From positions 3,503 to 67,502 of the IMG/VR virus record IMGVR_UViG_3300045256_000829: DNA of 64,000 nt, one strand, 5' to 3'. The notes beneath the pieces are model-generated. The model had not been told where the DNA came from and did not search any database. It saw nothing but the letters and a program-made list of their open reading frames with translations. The DNA is from a virus. Made by a program: the position numbers and the translations under genes. Below are positions 27,173-37,503 of this stretch, piece after piece; position 1 is the first letter of the stretch, and the number at the start of each line of letters is the position of its first letter.

Positions 27173-28402
27173 ATGGCCATGTCCAACCAAAAAACGGCGA
27201 AAGCCGCAAAACCGAAAGCCGTCTCAGCTTCAGACGCGACCGCTATTGTTATCCGGCAATCGAAGTTTCTGCCCAGCTTGCAGGCGCTAGCCTTCGCGCT
27301 GGATACGAAAAGCACGATTCCAGTTCTCGGCTATGCGTTGTTTGAAATCGCGGATGGAGACGCGCGAGTCACGGCGACAAATCTGGATCTTCGAATCACC
27401 GAAAAACTGGACACCGTCGAAGTCACCGGCGAGGGGCGTTTTTTGCTTCCGTTGAAGAGATTGCTTTCCTTCGTCCAACACTCGGACGGTGAAATCAAAA
27501 TTCAAGCTGGAAAAGAGGTCAGGATTACCTGCGGAAACGCAAAAGTGAACTGGCAAACGCACGACGTGAATTCTTTCCCTGATGCCCCTCCAACACCCGA
27601 TGACCTATTCACCCTCTCAAGCGGCCGGTTCGCGAAAGCCCTCCGCGCCGTTGCAATGATCCAGGCCGATACCGATCAGCAATACACCTTCAACAATGTG
27701 TTTCTAAACGCAGCCTCAGACAAGTTGGAAGTGGCCGCGAGTGATGGCCATCGCCTCGGTTTCGCCGAACTCCCGCCACTCGGCAAGTCCGGCGCGTGGG
27801 ACGTGCTGATCCCCAAGAAGGCTGTCAATCCGATCATTCGCGCCTGCGATGCCGCGGATGAGGTGTATTTCGGAACGAAGCATAACCACTTCTATTTGCG
27901 CGGCGGGGAACGGCAAATATTTTCGCGTCTCAACGCCGGCAACTTTCCCGCTTTCGGTGAAATCATCAAAGCGACCGACAATAACCCGATTCATTTCACC
28001 CTCAACACATTCGCCCTTCAAGCGGCGTTACGCCGTGTAGTTGCCGCCTGCGAGGAGGGCAAAAACACGTCTTTACTCGTTACGGTAAAGAAGGGCAAAT
28101 TCGTGATTGAGGTTGACCGGCGCGGCTTTCAAGTCGGCGTAGCGACCGACGCCGTCAATATTGATTACGACGGCGACACGTTTGAATTCGGCATCAATCA
28201 CAAATACCTCTCTGACGCCTGCGGGATTGCCGACAACATCGTTTTCAAGTTCAAAACGAATAACCACGCGATTCAATTGCGGGCGGAGGGCGACGAAAAA
28301 GTTTTGCATACCGTCGCCTTGATCAAGGTTGACTCTATTCGCGCGCTGGCCGCCAACGAACAGCTGAAGGGCGACGACAAACAAGAAAAGAAAGCCGCAT
28401 GA
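27173..28402 (+). CDS. dnaN: DNA polymerase III beta sliding clamp homologue
   Basis: STIPVLG, ATNLD, ASDGHRL, LIPKK, SRLNAGNFP, INHKYL. Confidence 0.9.
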   Translation: MAMSNQKTAKAAKPKAVSASDATAIVIRQSKFLPSLQALAFALDTKSTIPVLGYALFEIADGDARVTATNLDLRITEKLDTVEVTGEGRFLLPLKRLLSFVQHSDGEIKIQAGKEVRITCGNAKVNWQTHDVNSFPDAPPTPDDLFTLSSGRFAKALRAVAMIQADTDQQYTFNNVFLNAASDKLEVAASDGHRLGFAELPPLGKSGAWDVLIPKKAVNPIIRACDAADEVYFGTKHNHFYLRGGERQIFSRLNAGNFPAFGEIIKATDNNPIHFTLNTFALQAALRRVVAACEEGKNTSLLVTVKKGKFVIEVDRRGFQVGVATDAVNIDYDGDTFEFGINHKYLSDACGIADNIVFKFKTNNHAIQLRAEGDEKVLHTVALIKVDSIRALAANEQLKGDDKQEKKAA

Positions 28403-28752
28403 TCGTCATCATCTCGGGTTCGAGACGAATCATTCAATTTGACATCGGCCTGGCCGTGAGGGGGTCAGGCTTCGATGTCACCGAAGTCGTTGCGGGAAGG
28501 GAACGAAAGGGAATTGATCGACTCGCCGAAGCTTGGGCAAACGCGATGAAGATCCCCTTTCAACCCTTCCCGGCCGACTGGGACAATCTCACGCACCCCG
28601 ACGCCAAAATCATCACCCGCGGTGACGGTTCACAATACGACACCAACGCGCGCCCGCTCGCGCTAACGCATGATTCCGTCGGACTACGAGCTGACCAGCC
28701 ACCGCCTCGACTTCCCAGGCAGTACAGGCTGGATTACCGAAAGCCCAGTTGA
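28399..28752 (+). pseudogene. SLOG/DUF2493 (YspA-like) gene lacking its C-terminal half
   Basis: IISGSR...VVAG...GIDRLAEAWA...FPADWD, then unrelated sequence where RN..M and WDG.S.GT are expected. Confidence 0.6.
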
Positions 28753-28841
28753 CCCGGCGTTTCTTCATCACGGTGATAATAAATTTTGGAAAATGATGCT
28801 ACTAACCTTGATTACCAATTTGATAATCAAAAAATTGAGCG

Positions 28842-29051
28842 ATGCCAATGAGCCCGCCGCCGCTTATGAATATTCTGACACCTGAAAACGCCAGCGCTAG
28901 CGCCGGGTTACTCGCAATCATGTCAATGCAGATTTTTTTCTTCTACTGGGAGGCGCAAATAGACACTTGGGAAAAGTGGCAAACCTATGAGCGCCACCTA
29001 TTGACGATGAATTTGTTGATCATCCTTTTGATGTCATGGCAGGCGCATTAA
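28842..29051 (+). CDS. Small two-TM membrane protein
   Basis: Two hydrophobic segments. Confidence 0.45.
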   Translation: MPMSPPPLMNILTPENASASAGLLAIMSMQIFFFYWEAQIDTWEKWQTYERHLLTMNLLIILLMSWQAH

Positions 29052-29053
29052 AT

Positions 29054-29350
29054 ATGGAGACGTTCAAGAAAGACAAACACGGATGCCATTACTGCTATTT
29101 GATGGGGCATCGATATATGAATCATCGCCACTGCGACCGCTGCGGATTACCCGATTATGTTGCCGATGAGCGAGGCACACCTAATTTGCTTCCTCGTTTG
29201 GACTGGCGATGGTTCCACCTAAAGATGCGCTATCACGAATTTCGCGGGCACATGTTTGGACGCTGCCTTGACCCTCGTTGTAACAAGATTGATCGGGTTT
29301 GGAATTGGAGATTTGGCAAGCACGATAAATGCGACGCCTTGCCATTTTAA
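29054..29350 (+). CDS. Cys/His-rich hypothetical protein
   Basis: METFKK start; several Cys pairs. Confidence 0.5.
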   Translation: METFKKDKHGCHYCYLMGHRYMNHRHCDRCGLPDYVADERGTPNLLPRLDWRWFHLKMRYHEFRGHMFGRCLDPRCNKIDRVWNWRFGKHDKCDALPF

Positions 29351-29662
29351 AGAGTCTGAAATGATCCCCATTTACACGCAAGGGCCCTCAGCGAACTGTG
29401 AATGTAGATGCCGCGCTTGTGGCGTGCGCTGGCATTACGGGCACGATTGCGGAACTGGGAGTGAGGCTTCCAGCTGCGGGCGGTGCGGCAATACAACCTC
29501 GAATTTGCGCTATCCTACCACTCTGACGCCTAAGCCGATTGACCTACCGAAACCTACTCCTTATCACCCTCGCCTTGAGGCATGGCGCGCGTCAGGTAGG
29601 CGTTTGATTGTTCGCCCTGCTCGACTATCGCGCGGCATCCTTCCGCGCGTCAGAGGCGATTG

Positions 29663-29929
29663 CTAGGTGATATTCTGGCCATCCACAGGGGCGCGGTTTT
29701 TCATTTCCTCAAAGCGCCTCAACTCCACGAGTTGATTATTGATCTGGCCGATCATTCGATCTGCCGCTTGGATCGCGCCTTGCGCCCCGATTCGGCGGGT
29801 TCTGACCTGATCCAACTGATCCTTTAACTCCTGCTCTGAAGCAAGCATCGCAATATATTCCTCTTCAGCTCGCTTTTTCTCGCCGGCCGCGATATTGAAG
29901 GCGACCGTTAACCCGTGCAATGCGTCCAT
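29663..29929 (-). CDS. Coiled-coil protein after tail fibre
   Basis: GGAG RBS, starts 5 nt after fibre stop. Confidence 0.6.
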   Translation of the reverse strand: MDALHGLTVAFNIAAGEKKRAEEEYIAMLASEQELKDQLDQVRTRRIGAQGAIQAADRMIGQINNQLVELRRFEEMKNRAPVDGQNIT

Positions 29930-29934
29930 GGTGG

Positions 29935-32900
29935 TTATGCTCCCAAAATCCCGTGACTGATTAAATCGTCGATTACAGCCTTCAACGCCTCTGCTACTTG
30001 TTGCAATGTCGCCGATCCTGTTGCGAACCCTGTACGCGTAGGCGTCCCCGTTGGCGCCGTCCATCCCGTTTTCCGCGGGCCAAGGACTTGCGCGCCAGCT
30101 ATCCTGACCTTGCCATCTTCGAGAACGGTAAATCGCTCCGTCCCTCCGCTCGTAACGCAACGCAAGAAACTGGTCACTCCGGCGACCATACTCGAAGCGC
30201 CGCGAATTTGAACGTGTGTATTGTCGGCGAGATTCTCGCTGAAGCCGCCGTTCGAACCGATGAATTCGACGTGCGGATCTGTGACATCGTTCGAGGAAAA
30301 GCCTACGGGCGCCTCTGAGCCGGTTGTAACCCCGTAGGTGTGGCCGTAAATTTTCAAGCCGTGGAACGACTGTATGACCATCCGCCCGCTGTATGAATTC
30401 TGGATGGAGTTAAAGCCGTCGCCGAACTGAAACCGGGCCGCGTTACCTGATGCGATATTACTCAAACCAAGCAACCGCGGAGAGCCGGTTGAAGATCCGG
30501 CGACATCGATCGAGGTATTCCCGCCGATCGATGCCAAACCCGTCACCGATAGATTCCCTTGCGCGTTCACGTCAAGCGCCCGCAGGACAGCGTAAGCCGA
30601 ATCGTCGGCGAGCCTGACTTGTAACTCCGCGCTCGATCGTTTGAGAGCTGGAAAACTCGACGTTGCGCCGGCGAAGCGAATCAATGAACCTGACTCCGAC
30701 AGGATCGAATCGCCTACGGCCGATGCGCCGGTGAACTTCGCCATGTTACCGCTTGTCCCCGTTCCTGTGACGCCAGAAGCGCCGCCGATGTTTTGCCATG
30801 CGCCTGACTTGAATTCCTGCCAGTTTGAACCGTTCCAGCGCAACCCCCCGTATCCTGATGGCGGACTACCCGTCGAGGGTCGCGCGGGCGCAAAAATGGG
30901 TTGCCGCAAGTAATTGACCCTATCCTCTGCCCAAAGGACATGCCCGCCAGCCTGACCATCGGCGCCCGGCGTCAATCGGAAATTAGCAAAGCGGACCGTG
31001 GGAGTATTCGCCCCTTTATAAGTTTGATCAGGGTTGATCCTGACCCGGATAGTGCGACTCGATCCAGCCGCCAACCATACCGCAATCGAGTTGCGAACCC
31101 ATTTGCCGACAGGCAGAAAGTTGTTTAACTGGTTTTTGTAGTAGGTCGTAAATTCGCTCGCGCCCGTCGCCGTTACGGAAAAACCGACCCGCGCGTTAAC
31201 GTCGTTGGCCGCGCCGTCATCCTCGATATGGTAATCCCACGCGACCGTCCAAAATCCCGCAGGGACACTGTCGGGAATCGATACCGTCTGTTCAAGCACT
31301 GTCAACCCCGTTAGCGTTCCGCTGCCCGCGCCTGGCGTATATTTAAAATAGCCGCCAATCCCCGAGGGACTACCTGTAGCGACGCGCGATATGTACGTTC
31401 CGTTGAGTGTCCATCCATTCGAATCGTCAACAAGGTTCGGATTGTCAATCCAGTTCTGCCCTAGTCCGTTATAGAGCGCCCAGCTTGAACCATATTCTTT
31501 GTAGTTAAGATCCGCGTTCGAATGATAATGGCAATCACTGTGGATGTAGGTGTGATCAGGCGCATCCCCGTTGATGACGCTTTCGGGATGCGTGAGGACT
31601 GACCCATAGACGCCAACATAAAAGCTATTCTCGCAGACGAAATGCGGGACGCTGTTCGTCAGCGTGCAACCTCGAAAGGTAACTGATTTTGAATTGAGTA
31701 AATGGAAATCCCATGTATGAGTACCCGAACCGTGATAACCCGAAATGAGCGCCGCGCGGCAGTTCACCAGCTTGACGGCTGGCGTTTGTGGCCCTGCCGG
31801 CAAATTCTCAACCCATACATTATCAAGAACGAGGGAATCACAATGATCGGCATATATCGCCTGAATGTTTCCAGTCGTTCCACTGTAGTTGCCCTGAATG
31901 GTGCAACCGCTAATCCTCGTTCCGTTCGCGTTGTATAGGTAGATACTGGCGACGTTCTGATCGTCAGCTGGAGTGTTATCGAGCAAACAGCCCTCGATCA
32001 CGTTAGCATTCGGCTCTTTAACCGGGTCAACGACGCTCGGATCGACAAGCTTGATATGCCCGGCTTTATTCTGGCGCAAATGGCAATTGCGAAGGATGCT
32101 TGATTGCAAGTTATCCGCGTTGACCGCCCACCGCCCGAATTTAAAGATTGCGACGTTCTCAATAAGTAGATGGGTATTAACCGAACTGCTATTGCCGATC
32201 AGATGGAGGCCATCGCCGGCGTTTGAAACGTTGATACATTCGAGGCGCAAGTTGCGCATCATCCAACAATCGCTTGCCCCGTTCGGCGCTTGAAACGCGT
32301 GGCCCGTTCCGTTGAATTGGAGAAGCGTCGAACCCTGACCATGGCCTTCGAGGATAAAGGCAGAGCCGGGGTTCGCTGTGGGGATATTGATCGTCGTCGC
32401 AAATTTATAAGTGCCTGCCGGAATAACGATTCGCGAATACGAATTGATCGCGTTTTGAAGCGCGGTCGAACAATCGCTGACACCCAGAGGATCGGCGCCA
32501 AAGTCGGTCACAAGGTTGCGGACTGCGGTTTCGAGAAAAGCCGCCTTGAGCAGTGTCTGATTGTTGCCCGCGTCATCAGCGAACGTGAATGGATGATATT
32601 GCGGGATCGATATATCTGGCCGCAATGTGACCGGCGTTGACTGATTTTTCAAGCCGTGGCCGTTCGGTTCAGTCACCCATCCCGTATTGCCTGTTCCGCT
32701 CGCCTTCTTATAGCGCGAGCCGTCCGCTCGAAAATAGCGACTCCCAGGGTTTGCCGTTTCAACTCCCTCGGGATCGCCGGATCCGCCGAGAAGGCTGACA
32801 CTGCTGGGAAGGGTATAGCCATTCGCGGCGACTCTGCCGGTCGTGCGGTTTGCTTGAATGGGTGATGAGTAGGTCAACGAGTTGCTAACGTTCGGGTCCC

Positions 32901-33723
32901 AAATCGCCAACCGATCGCCCAAACCGTCATTCTTGCCGCCAACCCCAAAACTAGGATCAGCAGGCAATGGCACAATTCCAGCCGTGAATTCACCAGCTCC
33001 GGTAATATTGAAACCAGAGGCGAACGGATTGTAAGCTCCGCTAGCGCCCCCCGTCCCATCGGGAGCGGCATACGTAATTGCGAAAGCTGGCGACTCAGGT
33101 CCCCATCGCAGCGACGCGAGTTTGTCCAGCTGCGTCGCGCCTTGCGCGAGAAGTGTCGAAAAAGACGAATGCGAAACCTTGACATAATAGGTAGTCGCCG
33201 CCATCCCCGGAGTCCGGAACAATGCGACCTGCTCAGACAGCCGCGGCACTTCCATCCCTGATTTGTCAATATCCTGATAGACGGTATTGATGACATTTGT
33301 AAAAGCCGCGTCAGTCGCAATTCTGATGCGCCTGGCGCGCATATGGCGAGGGAAGCGGCCAATCCCGAGAACCACCTTATCGTTTGTTGACGAGCCCGTC
33401 TGCGCGACAATTGGAACGCGTTGCTCGCGCTGCGACTCAATCGTGAGGCTGACGCCATCCGCAACATCGTTGACGTGCTGAACGCCGACGCCTGACCGCG
33501 CGACTGCTGTTACGATCACGTCGCGATCCTGATCAGGCGGCAGGGGGATTTTGACTTTCGTGTCGAGAGGGAACGTGCCGACGTAGCTACGATTCGTAGG
33601 GTCGTCGGCGTAAGCCATGTATACGTCGGCGTTAAGCGGCGCGATATTCTGCGCCGGATAAGCCGGGGCGTTCGCCGCCTGCAGGAAGATGTTAAAGCCG
33701 ATTGCGCGTTGAATAACGATCAT
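29935..33723 (-). CDS. Tail fibre/tailspike with pectate-lyase-like beta-helix and CBM-like domain
   Basis: VTDFGADPLGVSDCSTALQNAI...IPAGTY, parallel beta-helix repeats, 1262 aa at end of tail operon. Confidence 0.85.
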   Translation of the reverse strand: MIVIQRAIGFNIFLQAANAPAYPAQNIAPLNADVYMAYADDPTNRSYVGTFPLDTKVKIPLPPDQDRDVIVTAVARSGVGVQHVNDVADGVSLTIESQREQRVPIVAQTGSSTNDKVVLGIGRFPRHMRARRIRIATDAAFTNVINTVYQDIDKSGMEVPRLSEQVALFRTPGMAATTYYVKVSHSSFSTLLAQGATQLDKLASLRWGPESPAFAITYAAPDGTGGASGAYNPFASGFNITGAGEFTAGIVPLPADPSFGVGGKNDGLGDRLAIWDPNVSNSLTYSSPIQANRTTGRVAANGYTLPSSVSLLGGSGDPEGVETANPGSRYFRADGSRYKKASGTGNTGWVTEPNGHGLKNQSTPVTLRPDISIPQYHPFTFADDAGNNQTLLKAAFLETAVRNLVTDFGADPLGVSDCSTALQNAINSYSRIVIPAGTYKFATTINIPTANPGSAFILEGHGQGSTLLQFNGTGHAFQAPNGASDCWMMRNLRLECINVSNAGDGLHLIGNSSSVNTHLLIENVAIFKFGRWAVNADNLQSSILRNCHLRQNKAGHIKLVDPSVVDPVKEPNANVIEGCLLDNTPADDQNVASIYLYNANGTRISGCTIQGNYSGTTGNIQAIYADHCDSLVLDNVWVENLPAGPQTPAVKLVNCRAALISGYHGSGTHTWDFHLLNSKSVTFRGCTLTNSVPHFVCENSFYVGVYGSVLTHPESVINGDAPDHTYIHSDCHYHSNADLNYKEYGSSWALYNGLGQNWIDNPNLVDDSNGWTLNGTYISRVATGSPSGIGGYFKYTPGAGSGTLTGLTVLEQTVSIPDSVPAGFWTVAWDYHIEDDGAANDVNARVGFSVTATGASEFTTYYKNQLNNFLPVGKWVRNSIAVWLAAGSSRTIRVRINPDQTYKGANTPTVRFANFRLTPGADGQAGGHVLWAEDRVNYLRQPIFAPARPSTGSPPSGYGGLRWNGSNWQEFKSGAWQNIGGASGVTGTGTSGNMAKFTGASAVGDSILSESGSLIRFAGATSSFPALKRSSAELQVRLADDSAYAVLRALDVNAQGNLSVTGLASIGGNTSIDVAGSSTGSPRLLGLSNIASGNAARFQFGDGFNSIQNSYSGRMVIQSFHGLKIYGHTYGVTTGSEAPVGFSSNDVTDPHVEFIGSNGGFSENLADNTHVQIRGASSMVAGVTSFLRCVTSGGTERFTVLEDGKVRIAGAQVLGPRKTGWTAPTGTPTRTGFATGSATLQQVAEALKAVIDDLISHGILGA

Positions 33724-33969
33724 TTAAACACTCACCACTTCGACATAGCCGGCGCGGCCTTGATAGTTTTCGATTCTGATTCTGTACACCGTTCCTGGCG
33801 CGCCCGATACCGAGGTTGCCGGAAAGATCCCGCTCGCGTCGGTCGATACAGTCGCGACATCGGCGGCGCCTGGCACCGAATAGACTTTGCAAGTCTGACT
33901 TGGAATGCGCTGAACCGTTCCGTTGCCCATATCCAATTCAACGTTGAAGCTTTGAATCGTGCTGGCCAT
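33724..33969 (-). CDS. Small tail-associated beta protein
   Basis: Abuts fibre gene. Confidence 0.6.
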   Translation of the reverse strand: MASTIQSFNVELDMGNGTVQRIPSQTCKVYSVPGAADVATVSTDASGIFPATSVSGAPGTVYRIRIENYQGRAGYVEVVSV

Positions 33970-33971
33970 AA

Positions 33972-34184
33972 CTACTCAGGCTTCTTCTCGACGTTAGGTG
34001 TTGGGAGTTGATGGCGATCGTTGTCTCTGCCGAACCGTAATTCATCAATGGGAGTTCTAAAGTCGCCGCATTTCGAGCTGTCGGGATAGGGGCATTGATT
34101 CGAATCAATGCCAGAATGCCACGGCTCTTTAACACTGTTTGGCATCGGCCGAATCTTTCTATAGCGCGTCTTCTTGTTTCTCAT
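33972..34184 (-). CDS. Hypothetical protein
   Basis: GGAGG RBS. Confidence 0.5.
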   Translation of the reverse strand: MRNKKTRYRKIRPMPNSVKEPWHSGIDSNQCPYPDSSKCGDFRTPIDELRFGRDNDRHQLPTPNVEKKPE

Positions 34185-34192
34185 GCTACCTC

Positions 34193-36388
34193 CTAAGTTA
34201 GTGAGACCGTGACCTCAATATAATCGAGTGAGCGAACGGGATCGCGCACGATCGGCGCCCGCGGTAATCCAATGCGCCGCCCGCCAGGCGGCGGTAACCA
34301 TCCGCTTCCGCCAGCAACGAATGGACCGTCAGACAAGCTGTAATAAAGTGTCGGGTAAGCTTGCGCCTCGATGTCCATCTTTTGATCAGCCTTTCGCGTC
34401 ATTTTCATGATTCGAAAATATTGAAAGGGAACTCCGGGTTGTTCCGTGAAGCTGTTGAGCTTCGAATTTACGACCTTGATCACCTTCCACGGATGCAACT
34501 TCAACGCGTCAACCAACGGCGCCCAGGTTGTAAACCTGCAACGTAAATTGTTCCGCAGTCCCCCTTGATCGAACTCGCCAAGGTCAATGAGCATCCGCGC
34601 GACTCTTAACGCTTCGGCAAAGGTTGTCACGCCAACCAATGAATAAGGCTTAGACACCGTTCGCGTCGAATAGTCGCCCGCCGCAACGCCGGATTTCATC
34701 TGGCGATCAAGGTCATCATAAGGGAAGGTCGTTTCCTGGTAGCGGCGATTCGCGTCGTCGTAAGTAATTTTGAGCTCATTCGGCAACTCGTCGTCACCTT
34801 TTTGCCACCATCGCAGCGTCGATTTTGGAACAGGCAAACCCTCGAAAACGATATTCCGCCCCGTCGTTCCCTGATCAGTAAACACGGGAACATTTTCGAG
34901 CGGCTCATTTCTCAGCGGGAGAATCCGCATCTTCCCATTGAAGTTGAACGGCAACGTGTAGCGGCCGGCAAGACAGATGTTCGTGAAGTGCTGCTGCGCC
35001 GCCTTTTCGTTTATTTCCGCATTGAAGGTCGTGCGGGACATATTAACTTCAGAGTCGCTCTCGTCGCGACTGACAACCGTTTCATTCGACCACGCAGCCA
35101 GATCAATCCAATCCTGAATAACAACGCGCGAATAATCGAGCTGATGGCCATATCGTTTATTGGTTACAAGATTGAGCAAGCACCATGCGCGGTTCGTCGT
35201 GTACTGCTTCGTGTAGGTCGAAGGCGAGGAATAAACGCGAATGTCGTTCTTGCCGACAACGGTGCATTCGCCCGAAATCTGACTCCCGGCAATTCCGCGC
35301 CAATCCTTAGGGCCGACATCGGCGCGCATGACTGCCGTTCCTGAATAGTTGAGCGAGTTAGTTTGAAACAGAACAGGAGCTTGCCTGACCTTGCCGAGAT
35401 TGCCCCATAAATGATTCCAGGGAACATACTGATTGTTCACATAAAAGTCATAGATCGAGGTTATCTCGCCTTCGCAAATCAGGAACAGAGTTTTCAGGTA
35501 ACCACGCTCTGGGTTATCCCCGACGCTTTGAGACTCATAACCGAGAAGGTCAAGATCGCGAACAACGCGAGTTCCGTAGATAACGCGCAACGGCCGCTTT
35601 TGCAGGGATTCATTCCCGCGCGCCGTGGCAACGAAAGTATGATCGCCCGTTGAAACGAGTTCGGGCTCAGGCGAAAGGTCGAAGGCTAGATAACTGAGCG
35701 TGTCGCCAAGGCGCGCGATGCATGCGGCTTTATTGTTTCGCGGACAAGTCGTAAATGGGACACCCGCGTTAAGCAATCCGAAAACACCCCCGATATGTCG
35801 ATTGTAACCGCAATCGTTATCATTGAGGGCCGCTTGCGTCGGAAACAGGAAGCTGCCATCAGACCGAACCGAGCCGCCGAAAATCGCCTGGCAACCAGCC
35901 CAGATGAAGCGCCGAGGGAAGGGTAGGAGAGGGGAACGGAATCCCGTTGCGACCTTCAACTTGATTCGGTCCCTCGTGCTCTCGTCGAGGCCTTTCAGTA
36001 ATCCCCAAAAAACCTCAATCAAAAGATCCACGTCAGCGATGTATTCGCGAATCAAAACGCGCGTGCCCTCGCCTGACACCTTCCATAAGTTTGTCACCTG
36101 ATTATCCCCATCCCAAATATCAAGAGAGACAGTGTCATCACCGATGGCAGACGTGTGGGGTAATTCAAGAAACTGATTCTTATTGAAACGCGGTTCGACG
36201 CCGGAGATTGAATAAGCGCCGACGCCTGAGAAAACGGAAATCTGATCGACGGCCGTTGAAGAGTAATGGCGAGTTTGGCCACCATCCCAGAATATCGTGA
36301 CGATTTCCTGAACCTTCGGCGGGAACGTGAGCGCCGCGAGTGAGGCAAGCTTTGCGGGATCGATTTCGCCCGACAGATCAAACGGCAT
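34193..36388 (-). CDS. Tail tip/hub protein
   Basis: PLRVIYG, ICEGEI, NRAWCLL...RYG; downstream of tape measure. Confidence 0.8.
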   Translation of the reverse strand: MPFDLSGEIDPAKLASLAALTFPPKVQEIVTIFWDGGQTRHYSSTAVDQISVFSGVGAYSISGVEPRFNKNQFLELPHTSAIGDDTVSLDIWDGDNQVTNLWKVSGEGTRVLIREYIADVDLLIEVFWGLLKGLDESTRDRIKLKVATGFRSPLLPFPRRFIWAGCQAIFGGSVRSDGSFLFPTQAALNDNDCGYNRHIGGVFGLLNAGVPFTTCPRNNKAACIARLGDTLSYLAFDLSPEPELVSTGDHTFVATARGNESLQKRPLRVIYGTRVVRDLDLLGYESQSVGDNPERGYLKTLFLICEGEITSIYDFYVNNQYVPWNHLWGNLGKVRQAPVLFQTNSLNYSGTAVMRADVGPKDWRGIAGSQISGECTVVGKNDIRVYSSPSTYTKQYTTNRAWCLLNLVTNKRYGHQLDYSRVVIQDWIDLAAWSNETVVSRDESDSEVNMSRTTFNAEINEKAAQQHFTNICLAGRYTLPFNFNGKMRILPLRNEPLENVPVFTDQGTTGRNIVFEGLPVPKSTLRWWQKGDDELPNELKITYDDANRRYQETTFPYDDLDRQMKSGVAAGDYSTRTVSKPYSLVGVTTFAEALRVARMLIDLGEFDQGGLRNNLRCRFTTWAPLVDALKLHPWKVIKVVNSKLNSFTEQPGVPFQYFRIMKMTRKADQKMDIEAQAYPTLYYSLSDGPFVAGGSGWLPPPGGRRIGLPRAPIVRDPVRSLDYIEVTVSLT

Positions 36389-36544
36389 GACCTACCCTGA
36401 GCGCCCGCAAATTTTAGTTTTGAGGTTTACCAGCGGGGGAGAGGCCACGATACAGGCTTGTGGCCCCTTAGTTCGAACCTGACCAACCGTCGCCGGTCAA
36501 GCCTTATCAGGTTTCCCCTGTCCCCCTTCGTCGTGGATCTTGAT

Positions 36545-36784
36545 TTAAGCCTCGACCTCGGTGAAGTCTACGTAAAAGGTTTTCCCGGTTTTGAACTGCT
36601 CAAGCGCCGCTGGATTTGTAATGTGCAACTCCATTGAGCCGTTCGGCGTGGCTTGCGAGAATCGACGATCTTCGGGGATTGATGGGTCGTAAACACAAGT
36701 CAGCTTCACCGTTTTCCCGCCGTTATTATTGTTGTATTCGGTGACTGCCGTCACTGTGAGTTTCGCTCTGATTATACTGATCAT
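36545..36784 (-). CDS. Conserved small phage protein
   Basis: RAKL...FSQATPNGSMELHITNPAA...FYVDFT. Confidence 0.7.
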   Translation of the reverse strand: MISIIRAKLTVTAVTEYNNNNGGKTVKLTCVYDPSIPEDRRFSQATPNGSMELHITNPAALEQFKTGKTFYVDFTEVEA

Positions 36785-36980
36785 AAAGCCTCCTTTTCGG
36801 TTTTTCGGGCGCCCCAGACGCGGGATTTGACGTTATAGGCGGCGGCGGTCGATGGCGCTGAACGCGCTGAGAAGGCGCGTTACTCTCTTTTTTATGATCT
36901 GACTTATTGGGGGCAAGAATAGCAATCCAAGCAACGCACAAAATCAAAGCCACGATCAGTATGAGTAACAATGCTTCCAT
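36726..36980 (-). CDS. Single-TM membrane protein
   Basis: N-terminal TM, Pro-rich tail, GGAGG upstream. Confidence 0.55.
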   Translation of the reverse strand: MEALLLILIVALILCVAWIAILAPNKSDHKKESNAPSQRVQRHRPPPPITSNPASGAPEKPKRRLYDQYNQSETHSDGSHRIQQ

Positions 36981-37045
36981 TTCCCTGACCTCCGTTTCTA
37001 TGTATTCGACGCAAGTATTTTACATCAAGCGAATTGCTTGGTCCA

Positions 37046-37495
37046 TCAAGTCTGCGCGGGTGCGCCTCTGATCTGTTTGAATTGGATCGAGTATGAATAC
37101 AGCAACGGTTCGCGGCGGTCCTGCGTTTGCGTAAGAGTGAAGGGAATAAATCGGCACAGAAGCAAGGTCCGCAAGCCTGCCTTAGCGTCAACATCCTCAA
37201 ACCAGAATGGGGTATTGCCAGAACCTAGACGGCGATAAACAAACTCCGAAATATACCGAAAGCGATTTGTCGGACTGCCGACATTGACGGAGTTGTAGGT
37301 CCGAGGTTGAAAAAGGGTTTGATGATCGCGATGAACGTTGCTCCATGACAAAGTGTAATCCTTGACGCCGTTCGGATCGCCGATCAGGATCGACGCGTAA
37401 TATCCATCGCCAAAATCGGCGTCGAGGACTGGATACGTGGTGTTACGCCTTAACCCCGCGCTCCCTGTATCGAGCAAAATTTCGTAATCCGGCAT
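37046..37495 (-). CDS. Distal tail protein (lambda gpM-like)
   Basis: ADFGDGY...PFWF; follows tape measure. Confidence 0.75.
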   Translation of the reverse strand: MPDYEILLDTGSAGLRRNTTYPVLDADFGDGYYASILIGDPNGVKDYTLSWSNVHRDHQTLFQPRTYNSVNVGSPTNRFRYISEFVYRRLGSGNTPFWFEDVDAKAGLRTLLLCRFIPFTLTQTQDRREPLLYSYSIQFKQIRGAPAQT

Positions 37496-37503
37496 AAACC
37501 TCC

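Noticed and set aside
29935-33723. Diversity-generating retroelement or invertible tail-fibre cassette
   Set aside because: No reverse transcriptase, invertase or duplicated template region seen
36440-36520. Canonical hammerhead ribozyme
   Set aside because: CTGATAA and CGAAC deviate from CUGANGA/GAAA; kept only as a structured RNA candidate
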